Source: an uncultured Candidatus Saccharibacteria bacterium
Lineage (GTDB): Bacteria; Patescibacteriota; Andersenbacteria; UBA10190
NCBI GenBank assembly: GCA_964371255.1
Contig: CAYJKV010000002.1
Span: 66,553-130,552, forward strand
Direction: 5' to 3'
Length of the DNA: 64,000 bases
Each line of letters begins with the position of its first letter. Position 1 is the first letter of the stretch. The position numbers were made by a program, and so were the translations under genes. This document shows, in pieces, positions 8,969 to 18,057 of this stretch. The notes under the pieces are model-generated. The model did not search any database. It was not told the origin of the DNA and worked only from the letters and a program-made list of their open reading frames with translations.

Positions 8969-10393
8969 TTATACGTATGGCACATTCTCTGGTGCTCCGC
9001 CGACACCCGCTTTAGCACGTTCAAAAGCTGGCGCCTTTGAGTACTTGGTGGGGAAGTGGTAAAGCGTGGCTAGCTCTTCGTCACTCATCATATAACCGTC
9101 TTCATAACCCCAAAAATCACGCCATTGAAAAGACAAAAATATTTCTCTCTTTCGTCTATATCGGCGTGTCTTCTTCATCACGTAATTTGGCCCGTTAGTT
9201 TTTGTGTTCGGATCGGGCTTAAAACTGTTGAGATTATATGTATTAAATTGCTTAAAACCGCCAATCGCTCTGGAAATATTAGGCTTAGTAAGCTGGCCCA
9301 AGGGCGCTAAATAAAGCACGCGTATTTTTACCCGGTATCCGCCCTTTGATACTTTCCTCAATATCCCATCCATTTTGGCTGTGTCGCCCGCACTCACCTT
9401 GGGAAAGTCCAGGCTTGTTTTTCCCGCGGCTTTGCCAGCTTCTAAGGGTCCGCTGACACCGGCCTTGATCGCGTCTGCTGGGAATTGGGTCATCGCTTCC
9501 ATGGATTTACTCAACAGGCCTCGGGTTTTTTTTGTCTCTTTACCCGCTAACTTATCAATTTCTTCGCCGCCCTTATCCGCCCATTTCCTAATATCTTTAC
9601 CGTCGATCGGCCTGATTAATATTTGCACCCAAAATTGTTCACCCTCGTTGATATTAGTATACGCTTCCACTAAGGCTTGGTGCGGATCGATAAACTTCTC
9701 TTCCTCAGCGAAGACATCCTCGTAATCATGATAAGTCTTCACCGGATAAACATCATCTTCGGTCAATGCGATCTCCGAACCATACAGATCAAAAGTCTTA
9801 TCAATGTCTTTGTAATCATAAATCTGGGTATAATCTTGCGTTTCTACTACCTCTGCTTCTGGATATTGTCCGTACACAACACCTTCAAAAAACGTTTTGT
9901 GCATAGTCGGCACCACTAAGATATACCGAGCGCGCCCTTTTGTGCAGACTAATTCACAGCTGTACCAGGCTTCCAAATATCCTTCAAAATATCTTTCGAC
10001 TAAATCAGGGTTTTTATGAATGCCGTCAAGGACTGAGAAAATATTCTCCATTGCCTTCGGCGTTTGTTCTGAATCCTCTGGTACTGTTACTTGCAAGAAC
10101 GTCCAGCTGATCGCCGATACATAATCAACCATCTTAATATACAAATATATTTTCCAGATTACCCAGAGCATTAAACCCACCACCACCAGCCAGCCCCAAC
10201 TGAAAATGATATTGGTGCCGGCTTCTAGGTTAGATATTAAGCTGGCGGCCATCATGCCTGTGGGGTTTATATTAACTCGATGCCTGTGCATGACTCTATT
10301 ATACGTAAAGGTCAGGTTATCGGCGAACCTTACTGGCAACGTACCCCCAGCTTTTGCCAGACCTGTCCCGGGCCCCAACCCTGAATACCACAA
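8969..10393 (-). CDS. hypothetical membrane protein (N-terminal TM helix, highly acidic middle region, basic C-terminus); likely partner of the upstream ATPase
   Basis: 474 aa as the maximal ORF, which starts with TTG. More plausible starts are the ATG at 10291 (preceded by TATAAT) or the ATG at 10255 (MMAASLISNLEAG). TM segment IIFSWGWLVVVGLMLWVIWKIYLYI; acidic stretch DYKDIDKTFDLYGSEIALTEDDVYPVKTYHDYEDVFAEEEKF; basic tail KKTRRYRRKRE. No family recognised. It is 30 nt from the ATPase gene. Confidence 0.45.
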   Translation of the reverse strand: MWYSGLGPGTGLAKAGGTLPVRFADNLTFTYNRVMHRHRVNINPTGMMAASLISNLEAGTNIIFSWGWLVVVGLMLWVIWKIYLYIKMVDYVSAISWTFLQVTVPEDSEQTPKAMENIFSVLDGIHKNPDLVERYFEGYLEAWYSCELVCTKGRARYILVVPTMHKTFFEGVVYGQYPEAEVVETQDYTQIYDYKDIDKTFDLYGSEIALTEDDVYPVKTYHDYEDVFAEEEKFIDPHQALVEAYTNINEGEQFWVQILIRPIDGKDIRKWADKGGEEIDKLAGKETKKTRGLLSKSMEAMTQFPADAIKAGVSGPLEAGKAAGKTSLDFPKVSAGDTAKMDGILRKVSKGGYRVKIRVLYLAPLGQLTKPNISRAIGGFKQFNTYNLNSFKPDPNTKTNGPNYVMKKTRRYRRKREIFLSFQWRDFWGYEDGYMMSDEELATLYHFPTKYSKAPAFERAKAGVGGAPENVPYV

Positions 10394-10423
10394 GCAGCCT
10401 TAGCTAATTGCTTAAGGCTGCTT
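10392..10423. promoter_or_regulatory. perfect 11-bp inverted repeat (AAGCAGCCTTA-N10-TAAGGCTGCTT) between the HTH gene stop and the membrane-protein start
   Basis: Seen directly. It lies 29 nt after the stop at 10452 and overlaps the TTG of the maximal downstream ORF. It is T-rich on the plus-strand side only, so it is a stem-loop of unclear function (attenuator, RNA stabiliser or weak terminator). Confidence 0.3.
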
Positions 10424-10451
10424 AGAATAATGATTTATTTTTGCTGCTCTT

Positions 10452-11528
10452 TTACTTAGTCTCTGGTGTGCTGATATTCCTCAACGTGTACCGATCGTCT
10501 TCCACCTTCGCAAATTTATTACTATTTTGCAGGCCGAGAACGACGGTCGTTCGCTTCACCATGCGCTGTTTCATCACTTCCGCTAACAGCTCATCTTTCT
10601 TCATCGGTTTACCAGACTTGCTCAAAATTGCTTCCAGGACATCTGCGACCGTACCGGGCAAAAAGCCCCAATCGCTTAACCCATACATGCCTCTTCCCAC
10701 CAACACAAAGCGCGGATCTTTTATTAGTTCATTATGCACCGTCTGTTCATGAGCCTTCTTGTGGTCAAATTTCACTTCATTAATTTGCGCGGCGATATCT
10801 CGAAAATGCATTGGTTCACCGTTGCGGCGCAGAACAATATAAGCCTTGTCTCCAACCCCTCGGGGTGATGTTTCTACCCAATCCTTTAGTCCCCACTCGC
10901 TGAAAACTGTCCGCTTTAGTTCTTTGCTAGCTTCTAGCAGGGCTTTCACGCAAGCATCAGGTAGAACTTCTTCTGATACGCCGACTTGTTCTCTGATCTT
11001 CATTAACATCTCATTCTCCATGATTGGCTTTTTTGCCTTGCGCAAAATATTATCTGCCGCATTGACTACTTGGTCGGCATAAGTGTGATGTAACTTGGGG
11101 TGAGACCAATGCGGGCGAAATTTGTCGGAACGGGTCACGCGTTCATAATTTGGCAAAATATCCAAGAAGAACATCACCATGGTTGCTCCTGGCGCCTCGG
11201 TGAAACTCTGACCGACAACTAACATCAAATAATCCTCTGTTAGTATCCCCCCATACTGAGCAAACAGCGCTTCTAAGGTTTTAGCTACATTTTTTAACAC
11301 ATCTTCGCGTCGGGCCAGTAGCTTCTTAGCCTGTGCCTCAATCTGTCGCACCCTTTCCCGCGTGATGCCATATTCTTTGCCTATGCTGTCCAATGTTTCG
11401 ATTTGCCCTGACTCTAAACCGTAACGACGCTTAATAATATCCTGCGATCTGGTATCTAAAATGCCTAAAAGAACTCTCACTATTTCGTTGAGTTCACCTG
11501 CTTTGCTTATTGTTCTTTCTTGCTCCAT
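10452..11528 (-). CDS. sigma-70 region-4-like HTH protein fused to a C-terminal HARE-HTH domain
   Basis: 358 aa. The N-terminus, SQDIIKRRYGLESGQIETLDSIGKEYGITRERVRQIEAQAKKLL, matches the sigma-70 region 4 consensus (L..RE..VL.LRYGL......TLEEIG...GVTRERIRQIE..AL.KL). The C-terminus, KAYIVLRRNGEPMHFRDIAAQINE...KAHEQTVHNELIKDPRFVLVGRGMYGLSDWG, matches the HARE-HTH fold seen in RpoE/delta and in restriction enzymes. Sigma regions 2 and 3 are absent. Confidence 0.6.
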   Translation of the reverse strand: MEQERTISKAGELNEIVRVLLGILDTRSQDIIKRRYGLESGQIETLDSIGKEYGITRERVRQIEAQAKKLLARREDVLKNVAKTLEALFAQYGGILTEDYLMLVVGQSFTEAPGATMVMFFLDILPNYERVTRSDKFRPHWSHPKLHHTYADQVVNAADNILRKAKKPIMENEMLMKIREQVGVSEEVLPDACVKALLEASKELKRTVFSEWGLKDWVETSPRGVGDKAYIVLRRNGEPMHFRDIAAQINEVKFDHKKAHEQTVHNELIKDPRFVLVGRGMYGLSDWGFLPGTVADVLEAILSKSGKPMKKDELLAEVMKQRMVKRTTVVLGLQNSNKFAKVEDDRYTLRNISTPETK

Positions 11529-11588
11529 AAAGTTTAAAATTGCCGATAAACATTAATAAAATAACCTCTCTAATTGCCTTACGCTTGC

Positions 11589-11617
11589 AATATAGACCTT
11601 TCTTGACCATATGTCAA
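11589..11617 (-). promoter_or_regulatory. sigma-70-like promoter (TTGACA-N17-TATATT) for the HTH-fusion gene
   Basis: The minus strand reads cTTGACAtatggtcaagaaaggtcTATATTgcaag. The -35 is the reverse complement of 11612..11617 and the -10 is the reverse complement of 11589..11594, with a 17-nt spacer. It lies about 55-60 nt upstream of the ATG at 11528. The -35 sits inside the palindrome CTTGAC-N5-GTCAAG (11602..11618). Confidence 0.4.
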
Positions 11618-11688
11618 GTTTTTGTGCAGGTACTTTTCTGCACAACCTCACACTATAGTGATTGGCCTATATTTTGTCCAGTTTTCGT

Positions 11689-11708
11689 TGTCTGATATAT
11701 GTCAGACA
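11689..11708. promoter_or_regulatory. palindrome TGTCTGA-N6-TCAGACA immediately 3' of the murC stop; candidate operator or RNA hairpin
   Basis: Perfect 7-bp arms around an ATATAT centre, 11 nt from the murC TAA at 11719..11721. Not followed by a U-run on either strand, so not a canonical intrinsic terminator. A second hairpin, GTGCAG-N8-CTGCAC, lies at 11624..11643. Confidence 0.3.
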
Positions 11709-11718
11709 ATTCTGACAC

Positions 11719-13026
11719 TTATTTGGGACGCAATATAGTGCGCAACATCCCGTCTAAGTCCCCTGCGCTAAAAGCAATGGCTATTCCGAAAGATCCGGCC
11801 GCTTTCGTTAAGACATTATTCATGGCCTCGCCCTTTTTAACCTCTGCAATAAATATATTGTCCTTCTGCCAGCCGTTAATTAAATCAGTTTTTAGCTGCC
11901 CGGCCTGTGCGTCTGTATTTTCTCTTCCGCGCGGCATAAAAATTGGCGTTAGAATCACCCCGTCAGCTTTCCTAAAGGCACTAAGAAATTCCGGCAGGAA
12001 ATTTCGCAATCTTTCTTGCGTATGCGGTTCAAAGATTGCCACGATCCTTTGTTGTGGATATTTTTCTCTGGCCGCTTCCAACGTACGGGCAATCTCCGTC
12101 GGGTGATGGCCATAATCGCTGATTACTTCCATGCCTTGCCAGTCTCCCAATCTTTCAAACCTGCGTTTGATGCCGGTGTATGAGGCCAGATAGCCCGCCA
12201 GCTTTTGTTCCTCAGCGCCGGCCCAGCCTGCTATCCGCATGGCGATTAAGCCGTTCGTCTTCATATGTTGCCCGGGTGTACTTACCTGTACCTGGCTAGC
12301 CTCTTGTTCATCTAATACAATCGTATTGGCCGGCCATTCTACGGTCGGATGGTTTTGTTGTATGCCTTTCAATGTCATCACTACCCCAGCTTGTTTTCTA
12401 TGCCTGATAAACTTGCTATACGCTTCCTCTGTTTGTTCGAGCGAATTAAAAAAGTCCGGGTGGTCGAAGTCAATCGATGTGATAGCTATCAAGTCAGGCC
12501 TTAATGTTAAAAAATGTTCCCGGTACTCATCAGCCTCGAGCACTAAAATGTCGTTCGCGCCCATTCGCGCGTGTCTGCCTCCCCATTCCCGCATCGCTGC
12601 GCCAATCAACACAGTCGGATCGAGTCCCGCCGCAATCATAATATGCGCTGCCATGGCACAGGTTGATGATTTACCGTGCGTTCCGGTAACGGCGACCACG
12701 CGCTTGAAGCCTTTGGCAAAATTGCCGACTGCCGCCTGGTAATTTATTTCGCGCTTCAGATCACGGGCTGCCTGTCGCAGCCTGTGCTCTTGGTCGACCG
12801 CGTCTGAAAAAATCACCTCCGTAAAACCGCTCATTTGCTGTTTGAATTTTTCCTCATCAACCAGTTTGAACGGTTCGTCCTTCAGTAATTCCTTGGTCTC
12901 TTCAAGCTTGGCATCAGTGCCCACGACGTCTAAATCCTGCTGGCTTAATAGATATGCCAACCCGCGCATGCCGCTGCCGCCGATACCCACCATTCCCACT
13001 TTTTTCTGGCTTTGGCCCAACCTCAT
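11719..13026 (-). CDS. murC: UDP-N-acetylmuramate--L-alanine ligase
   Basis: 435 aa with VGIGGSGMRGLA, the Mur-ligase P-loop AVTGTHGKSST, and DYGHHPTE (the DYAHNP-type motif of MurC/MurD). Confidence 0.92.
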   Translation of the reverse strand: MRLGQSQKKVGMVGIGGSGMRGLAYLLSQQDLDVVGTDAKLEETKELLKDEPFKLVDEEKFKQQMSGFTEVIFSDAVDQEHRLRQAARDLKREINYQAAVGNFAKGFKRVVAVTGTHGKSSTCAMAAHIMIAAGLDPTVLIGAAMREWGGRHARMGANDILVLEADEYREHFLTLRPDLIAITSIDFDHPDFFNSLEQTEEAYSKFIRHRKQAGVVMTLKGIQQNHPTVEWPANTIVLDEQEASQVQVSTPGQHMKTNGLIAMRIAGWAGAEEQKLAGYLASYTGIKRRFERLGDWQGMEVISDYGHHPTEIARTLEAAREKYPQQRIVAIFEPHTQERLRNFLPEFLSAFRKADGVILTPIFMPRGRENTDAQAGQLKTDLINGWQKDNIFIAEVKKGEAMNNVLTKAAGSFGIAIAFSAGDLDGMLRTILRPK

Positions 13027-14246
13027 GCCTTGTCTTTTACAACCAGCTCAGCCTGCTTTTTCATCGCTTTTCTTATGGACTGGAAGGGTACCAAGCCCCT
13101 GGCTAGCCTGAAGGTCAGCTGCGCGATATCTCGCGCTGCGTTTGGATAATCAAACCGGCCAATATTCTGGCGCAGTACTTCCCGGATCTCCTTATCGTCT
13201 AATAGATTTCGGATATTTTGCAATAAAATATTACGTCCCAGATTTTCTTGACTGATCACCCGTACGGCTTCGGCTACTTCCATAATTTGCGCGTTTATCC
13301 TTTGGTGGTCTTGGGCCGCATTGGCCAGGGGGATGAGAATCGCTGCTTTTCGTAAATGTGCTAATTCCGCTAATGAGGTGGCGCCGGCTCGTGATATCAC
13401 TAAGTCAGCGGCCATTAGAGCCGCGCCCATCTTATCCGTCAACGCGCCAAATATTTTATATTTTTCTTGCCGACCAACCGATCGTAATATTCGATCAGCT
13501 TCGGTTTTAACGGCGGCTGCGTTAGTGACGCCTGCTAAATGAATGAGACCGGCCTGGGTGATTAATTCCGGTAAAATTTGCAGTGTTAACTCATTGATCT
13601 TCGCTGCTCCCTGGCTGCCCCCCATAATCAATACGACCGGTTCGGTTTCTTCAAAACCAAATAAACGCTTGGCGCTCGCGCTCGTTTCTCGCGCCAGACC
13701 CGGCCGCACGGGCGTCCCCGTCACGATGGTCTTTCTCTGGTGGTAACCCATGTCATGACGCGTCGCCGCGAAACCCACCGTAATAACTTGGGCCCAATTG
13801 GCTGTCAGCCGATTAGCCAAACCTAAAACGGCATCCGACTCGTGCACCAATAATGGAATACGATAAACAAACGCCGCTACGCAAACCGGTATACTCCCAT
13901 AGCCGCCTTTGCTTATCACGGCGTCCGGCATGATCCGCCACATTTGCCAGAGGGCTTTACTCAATCCGATCGGCAAGCGCCACAATATGTCGGTGACCGT
14001 TTGCCAGGCCGCGTAACGGCGCAGTTTTGCCGCCGGTATGTTAATTGTTTTCAGTCCCAACCTGTTAAAAAATTCACTATTCTGCTTATCCAACACTCCT
14101 AAGAAGTAGATATCTAATCGTTCACGGTCAATCCAAACTGGTAATTGGTCCTTGGTTTCCTGATGAACTGTCCTCAACATTTCCACCAGGGGTTCTAAGG
14201 GGATCATATGTCCGCCGGTGCCGCCGCCTGTCAATACAATGCGCAT
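13023..14246 (-). CDS. murG: undecaprenyldiphospho-muramoylpentapeptide beta-N-acetylglucosaminyltransferase
   Basis: 407 aa with MRIVLTGGGTGGHMIP and a GT28 C-terminal domain (IMGGSQGA). 4-nt overlap with murC. Confidence 0.92.
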   Translation of the reverse strand: MRIVLTGGGTGGHMIPLEPLVEMLRTVHQETKDQLPVWIDRERLDIYFLGVLDKQNSEFFNRLGLKTINIPAAKLRRYAAWQTVTDILWRLPIGLSKALWQMWRIMPDAVISKGGYGSIPVCVAAFVYRIPLLVHESDAVLGLANRLTANWAQVITVGFAATRHDMGYHQRKTIVTGTPVRPGLARETSASAKRLFGFEETEPVVLIMGGSQGAAKINELTLQILPELITQAGLIHLAGVTNAAAVKTEADRILRSVGRQEKYKIFGALTDKMGAALMAADLVISRAGATSLAELAHLRKAAILIPLANAAQDHQRINAQIMEVAEAVRVISQENLGRNILLQNIRNLLDDKEIREVLRQNIGRFDYPNAARDIAQLTFRLARGLVPFQSIRKAMKKQAELVVKDKA

Positions 14247-14358
14247 AATACTTGATTTCCTAATTTATCTTTTAATATATCACCTTATCTGCATCCTACC
14301 TCATTAACCTGTCAATATAAATCATCGATCCCAATCCCTTCTTCGCTATTTACTCGCT

Positions 14359-15504
14359 CTACTCTTGTGTATATTGGCTGATATTGAGCAATACCCCTGA
14401 TGCGAATAGCAACGTCGCTAGCGCTGAACCGCCGTAGCTGATAAATGGCAAAGGAATGCCGGTTAATGGCGTCAGGGCTAAAATTGACCCGATATTAATA
14501 AAAGCCTGCAATAAAATCCAAGCCGTTATGCCGGTCGCCAGCAGACGCCCAAAAACATCAGGGGCCTGCCGCGCGATCAACCAGCCCCGCCAGCCAATTA
14601 AGCCGAATACTAATATAACCAAGATTGATCGAATCAATCCAAACTCCTCAGCTAAAACAGCAAAAATTGCATCACCAGCCGGCTCTGGTAAATAGTAATA
14701 TTTTTGTCGGCTGCGCCCGAATCCCAAGCCCCACAAACCGCCAGTCCCAACTGCCAATAAAGCTTGGTTTATCTGATAACCAATCCCTTGCGGATCCAGT
14801 TCGGGATGCAAATAAACCATAATTCTCTCCAAGCGATAACGTGCTGTATTTAAAAAGACAGCGAACACGGCCAGTCCACCCAAGGCAATCATTATTAAAT
14901 GGCGCAACTTAAAACCGGCTACGAAAATCATGCTGGACGCCATCAGAGTAATTAACAGGAGCGTTCCCATGTCCGGCTGCATCATGATTAAGGTGCTAAG
15001 GATTGCCATCATAATCAAAAAAGGGATGACACTCTTCTTGAAATCCTTGACATCCTCACCCTTTTTCTCCAGCAATGCGGCTAAATATAAAATAAACGCT
15101 AACTTCGCTACCTCCGTGGGCTGCAGGGTTAAAGGCCCAATACCAATCCAGCGTGATGCCCCTCCCGCCGATACTGATAATCCAGGTACAAATACTAGCA
15201 CTAATAAAACCAAAGCCAACACAATAGCTGGGAACGCCAATCGTCTCCAGAATCGATAGGGTACAAAATAACCTACTAAAAACGTACCTAGTCCTATCAG
15301 GCCGCCATATAACATCTGGTGCTTCACGAAATAAAAAGCATCATTAAAGTATTTTTGTGCTAATACGGACGAGGCCGAAGCCAGCATCAGCCACCCAAAC
15401 ACCGTGATGCCGGCAATGGCCAACAACAACAAATGATCCCCGGCGTGCTTATGAATTTGCATGCTTGGTTCTGCTATATTATTTTTTTTAGTTACCTTAC
15501 GCAT
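14359..15504 (-). CDS. ftsW: SEDS-family peptidoglycan polymerase / lipid II flippase FtsW/RodA
   Basis: Polytopic protein with SEDS signatures (QINQALLAVGTGGLWGLGFGRSRQKYYYLPEPAGDAIFAVLAEEFG). The start proposed at the ATG at 15504 (MRKVTKKNN) abuts the murD stop; the maximal ORF starts at 15558. Confidence 0.85.
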   Translation of the reverse strand: MRKVTKKNNIAEPSMQIHKHAGDHLLLLAIAGITVFGWLMLASASSVLAQKYFNDAFYFVKHQMLYGGLIGLGTFLVGYFVPYRFWRRLAFPAIVLALVLLVLVFVPGLSVSAGGASRWIGIGPLTLQPTEVAKLAFILYLAALLEKKGEDVKDFKKSVIPFLIMMAILSTLIMMQPDMGTLLLITLMASSMIFVAGFKLRHLIMIALGGLAVFAVFLNTARYRLERIMVYLHPELDPQGIGYQINQALLAVGTGGLWGLGFGRSRQKYYYLPEPAGDAIFAVLAEEFGLIRSILVILVFGLIGWRGWLIARQAPDVFGRLLATGITAWILLQAFINIGSILALTPLTGIPLPFISYGGSALATLLFASGVLLNISQYTQE

Positions 15505-16903
15505 GCTTCTGCAAATTCCTGACCGCCTCTTTAAACTTATTTCCACGATCAAACTCATTCTTGAAAGAACTAAAACTAGTGGCGCCTGGAGACAGTAGTA
15601 CTATATCTTCAGCTTGGGCAATCTGTGCCGCACGGCGTACAGCGTCCGCCATGTCTGTCGCACTTTCGGCTTGGCTGCGTCCGCCAGCCCGTTCATACGC
15701 TTGCGCCATTTTTTCCGTCGCTGTTCCGGGCAACCAAATAATATGCCTGACATTAGCGATCGCTTCTTGCTGCGCCCAGGGTGCGAACTCCAGTACCTTA
15801 TCATTACCTCCTAAAATATGGACGATGGTTTTTCCTTGCAGCGCAGCTAAGGCTGCGATTGTGGCATCGGGCATGGTGGCGGCGGAATCATTAATGAATT
15901 CTACCTTGCCTATCACCGCTACTGTCTCCATGCGATGCGGTAACAATTTTACTTTTCGAAGTGCGCCGATGATTTGTTCCTTGTCCATCCCCTGTTGCCA
16001 AGCCAAATAAATGGCTGGTAATAAGTTACGAATTTCGTGTTCATATCTGGCGGGTAGCTCGTCTGTGTCCATCAGCCTTTCTTCACCCTTCAGTTCGCGT
16101 ACCATCACATGATTATGCTTGATGAAAATTCCTCTGGTTTTGTAATCCTTGATTGAATAACTTATGACTTGGCTGATCAGCTTGGTTGACCACGCGCGCA
16201 ATCTCTCATCGTCGAAGTTTAATATCGCCCTATCCGTCGGTTGCTGCCATTTAACAATTATTTTCTTTACATCCATATACTCTTCCCAGGAGGCATACGT
16301 GTTCAAGTGGTCTCGATAAATGGCAGTGATGATTGCTGTCCCCGGACTGATTTGTTGTGCCGCCAAAGGTTCTAACCGCCAGCTTGATAACTCAAAAACA
16401 ACTTTCTTGTCGTTATTAAGTTGCTCAAGTTGCAGTAATGGCGACGTACCTTCAATACCGATTGCCGGAATACCTAGTAATGCGGCGATGGCAGTCGTGG
16501 TGGTAGATTTTCCTTTCGAACCAGTAACGCCAATGATTCGGCGCCGGTCAAACCACCGGAAAAATAAACTACTGTCCATCTCTACCGGCACCCCAGCTGC
16601 TCGAGCGCGCAACAAGAATGGTAGATTTCGGGGAACTCCGGGATTAATTATAACCAAATCAGCCCTAGTAAAATCCTCGGCCCGGTGCTCACCTAGCACC
16701 CATTCAATCCCCTTATCCTGTCCGACCATTTTGATACTCTCCGCCAATTGTTCTGCATTCTTCAGGTCAGTCACCACCAACCTAGCGCCTTGTTTATGTA
16801 ACCAAAGTATATTACCGATTGCCCCTCCATGTTCTCCCAAACCAACAACCGTCACTCGTTTACCCTTGACATCATTCATCTTGCTCCAATCATTTAGTCT
16901 CAT
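15497..16903 (-). CDS. murD: UDP-N-acetylmuramoylalanine--D-glutamate ligase
   Basis: 468 aa with KRVTVVGLGEHGGA (N-terminal Rossmann fold), the P-loop IIGVTGSKGKSTTT, and a C-terminal Mur-ligase domain. Confidence 0.9.
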   Translation of the reverse strand: MRLNDWSKMNDVKGKRVTVVGLGEHGGAIGNILWLHKQGARLVVTDLKNAEQLAESIKMVGQDKGIEWVLGEHRAEDFTRADLVIINPGVPRNLPFLLRARAAGVPVEMDSSLFFRWFDRRRIIGVTGSKGKSTTTTAIAALLGIPAIGIEGTSPLLQLEQLNNDKKVVFELSSWRLEPLAAQQISPGTAIITAIYRDHLNTYASWEEYMDVKKIIVKWQQPTDRAILNFDDERLRAWSTKLISQVISYSIKDYKTRGIFIKHNHVMVRELKGEERLMDTDELPARYEHEIRNLLPAIYLAWQQGMDKEQIIGALRKVKLLPHRMETVAVIGKVEFINDSAATMPDATIAALAALQGKTIVHILGGNDKVLEFAPWAQQEAIANVRHIIWLPGTATEKMAQAYERAGGRSQAESATDMADAVRRAAQIAQAEDIVLLSPGATSFSSFKNEFDRGNKFKEAVRNLQKHA

Positions 16904-16948
16904 GTTTTTTTCATTCCTTATGCCTCGTTTACTCTACGTCTCGATACG

Positions 16949-18010
16949 TTACATTCCCAACAAACCAACCAGTAAACCGAGGGCTGAACTAACCGCCGCC
17001 ATAATCCAAAAACGCATGGTCACTTTTGTTTCCGGCCAACCAATTGCCTCAAAGTGATGATGTATGGGGGCAGATAAAAATATCTTCTTGCCTCGCCACT
17101 TTTTTGACAACACCTGGATGATGACAGAAATAGATTCCAGCACGAGCGGAAACGCGATAATCGGCAAAACCAAAGCAGAATTGGTCAACATGGCAATGAT
17201 GCCCAGGGTCGTTCCCAAACTCATGGCGCCGGTATCCCCCATAAAGAACCGCGCGGGATGTACGTTGAACCATAAGAAAGCGAGCAGCCCGCCGCCAATG
17301 GCGGAGCAGAAAATAGCTAACTCCATTCTTTCCATCCCAAAGGAGAGTGCCGCGTATGCAGCATAACAGAATAATAGAATTCCTCCCGCTAAACCATCTA
17401 ATCCGTCGGATTCATTCACAGAGAAGGCCGTAGCGACAATCACCAGTATAAATATCGGAACATACCATAAACCAATTTCAAAATCGCCGAAGTAAGGGAC
17501 GTGCAGCAAACTCCAGTCCAGTTTGAAATAAAACCACCAAGCCCCAATCGCAGCCACGGCCGTATATAACAACAAACGGTGCCGCATATTCAATCCGCCG
17601 CCATCCGGGCCGATTTTTCTCACATTAAGATAGTCATCCAACAAACCGACTAAGGCAGAACCAAGTAGTGCTCCTAGTGGCAGCAACGTTTGCGCCCGAC
17701 TTAAAAAATTTAATTGCTGCGTAATCCATGAAGGCCAAATAATACTTAATAGCCAAAAGAATACGGCCATCATCGTCACCGAAACCCAAACAATTATCCC
17801 GCCCCCGACTGGTGTGCCGGCCTTAGCGGCGTGTAGCTTCGAATAAATCGGTGTTTGGCCGGAGCTTCTGATGCTTTTCCCAAAATGGTATTTATATAAA
17901 AAATGCGTTAGTAGAGGCGTCATCCCAAACGCTACTAAAAACGTTAGGATCCCCATAATCACAATCCGGCCGACATCAATTACTAGATCAATGTTTTCAA
18001 ACTCATGCAT
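16949..18010 (-). CDS. mraY: phospho-N-acetylmuramoyl-pentapeptide transferase
   Basis: 353 aa polytopic protein with GTPVGGG, NESDGLDGLAGG and FFMGDTGAMSLG, the MraY/GT4-family polyprenyl-phosphate transferase signatures. Confidence 0.93.
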   Translation of the reverse strand: MHEFENIDLVIDVGRIVIMGILTFLVAFGMTPLLTHFLYKYHFGKSIRSSGQTPIYSKLHAAKAGTPVGGGIIVWVSVTMMAVFFWLLSIIWPSWITQQLNFLSRAQTLLPLGALLGSALVGLLDDYLNVRKIGPDGGGLNMRHRLLLYTAVAAIGAWWFYFKLDWSLLHVPYFGDFEIGLWYVPIFILVIVATAFSVNESDGLDGLAGGILLFCYAAYAALSFGMERMELAIFCSAIGGGLLAFLWFNVHPARFFMGDTGAMSLGTTLGIIAMLTNSALVLPIIAFPLVLESISVIIQVLSKKWRGKKIFLSAPIHHHFEAIGWPETKVTMRFWIMAAVSSALGLLVGLLGM

Positions 18011-18057
18011 AGCTATAGCTTAATACAAAATTGATCACCATACTTTACTTCCTTGTC

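Noticed and set aside
11624-11643. Hairpin GTGCAG-N8-CTGCAC and the hairpin at 10392..10423 considered as rho-independent terminators
   Set aside because: Neither is followed by a U-run on the transcribed minus strand. They are kept as possible regulatory stem-loops and not called terminators.
15482-15489. A8/T8 homopolymers at the ftsW 5' end (15482..15489), in rpmJ (2555..2562) and near the GT4 3' end (60013..60020)
   Set aside because: These are A/T tracts that encode Lys-Lys in frame, which is common in Lys-rich proteins and less prone to phase variation than G/C tracts. Not flagged as switches.
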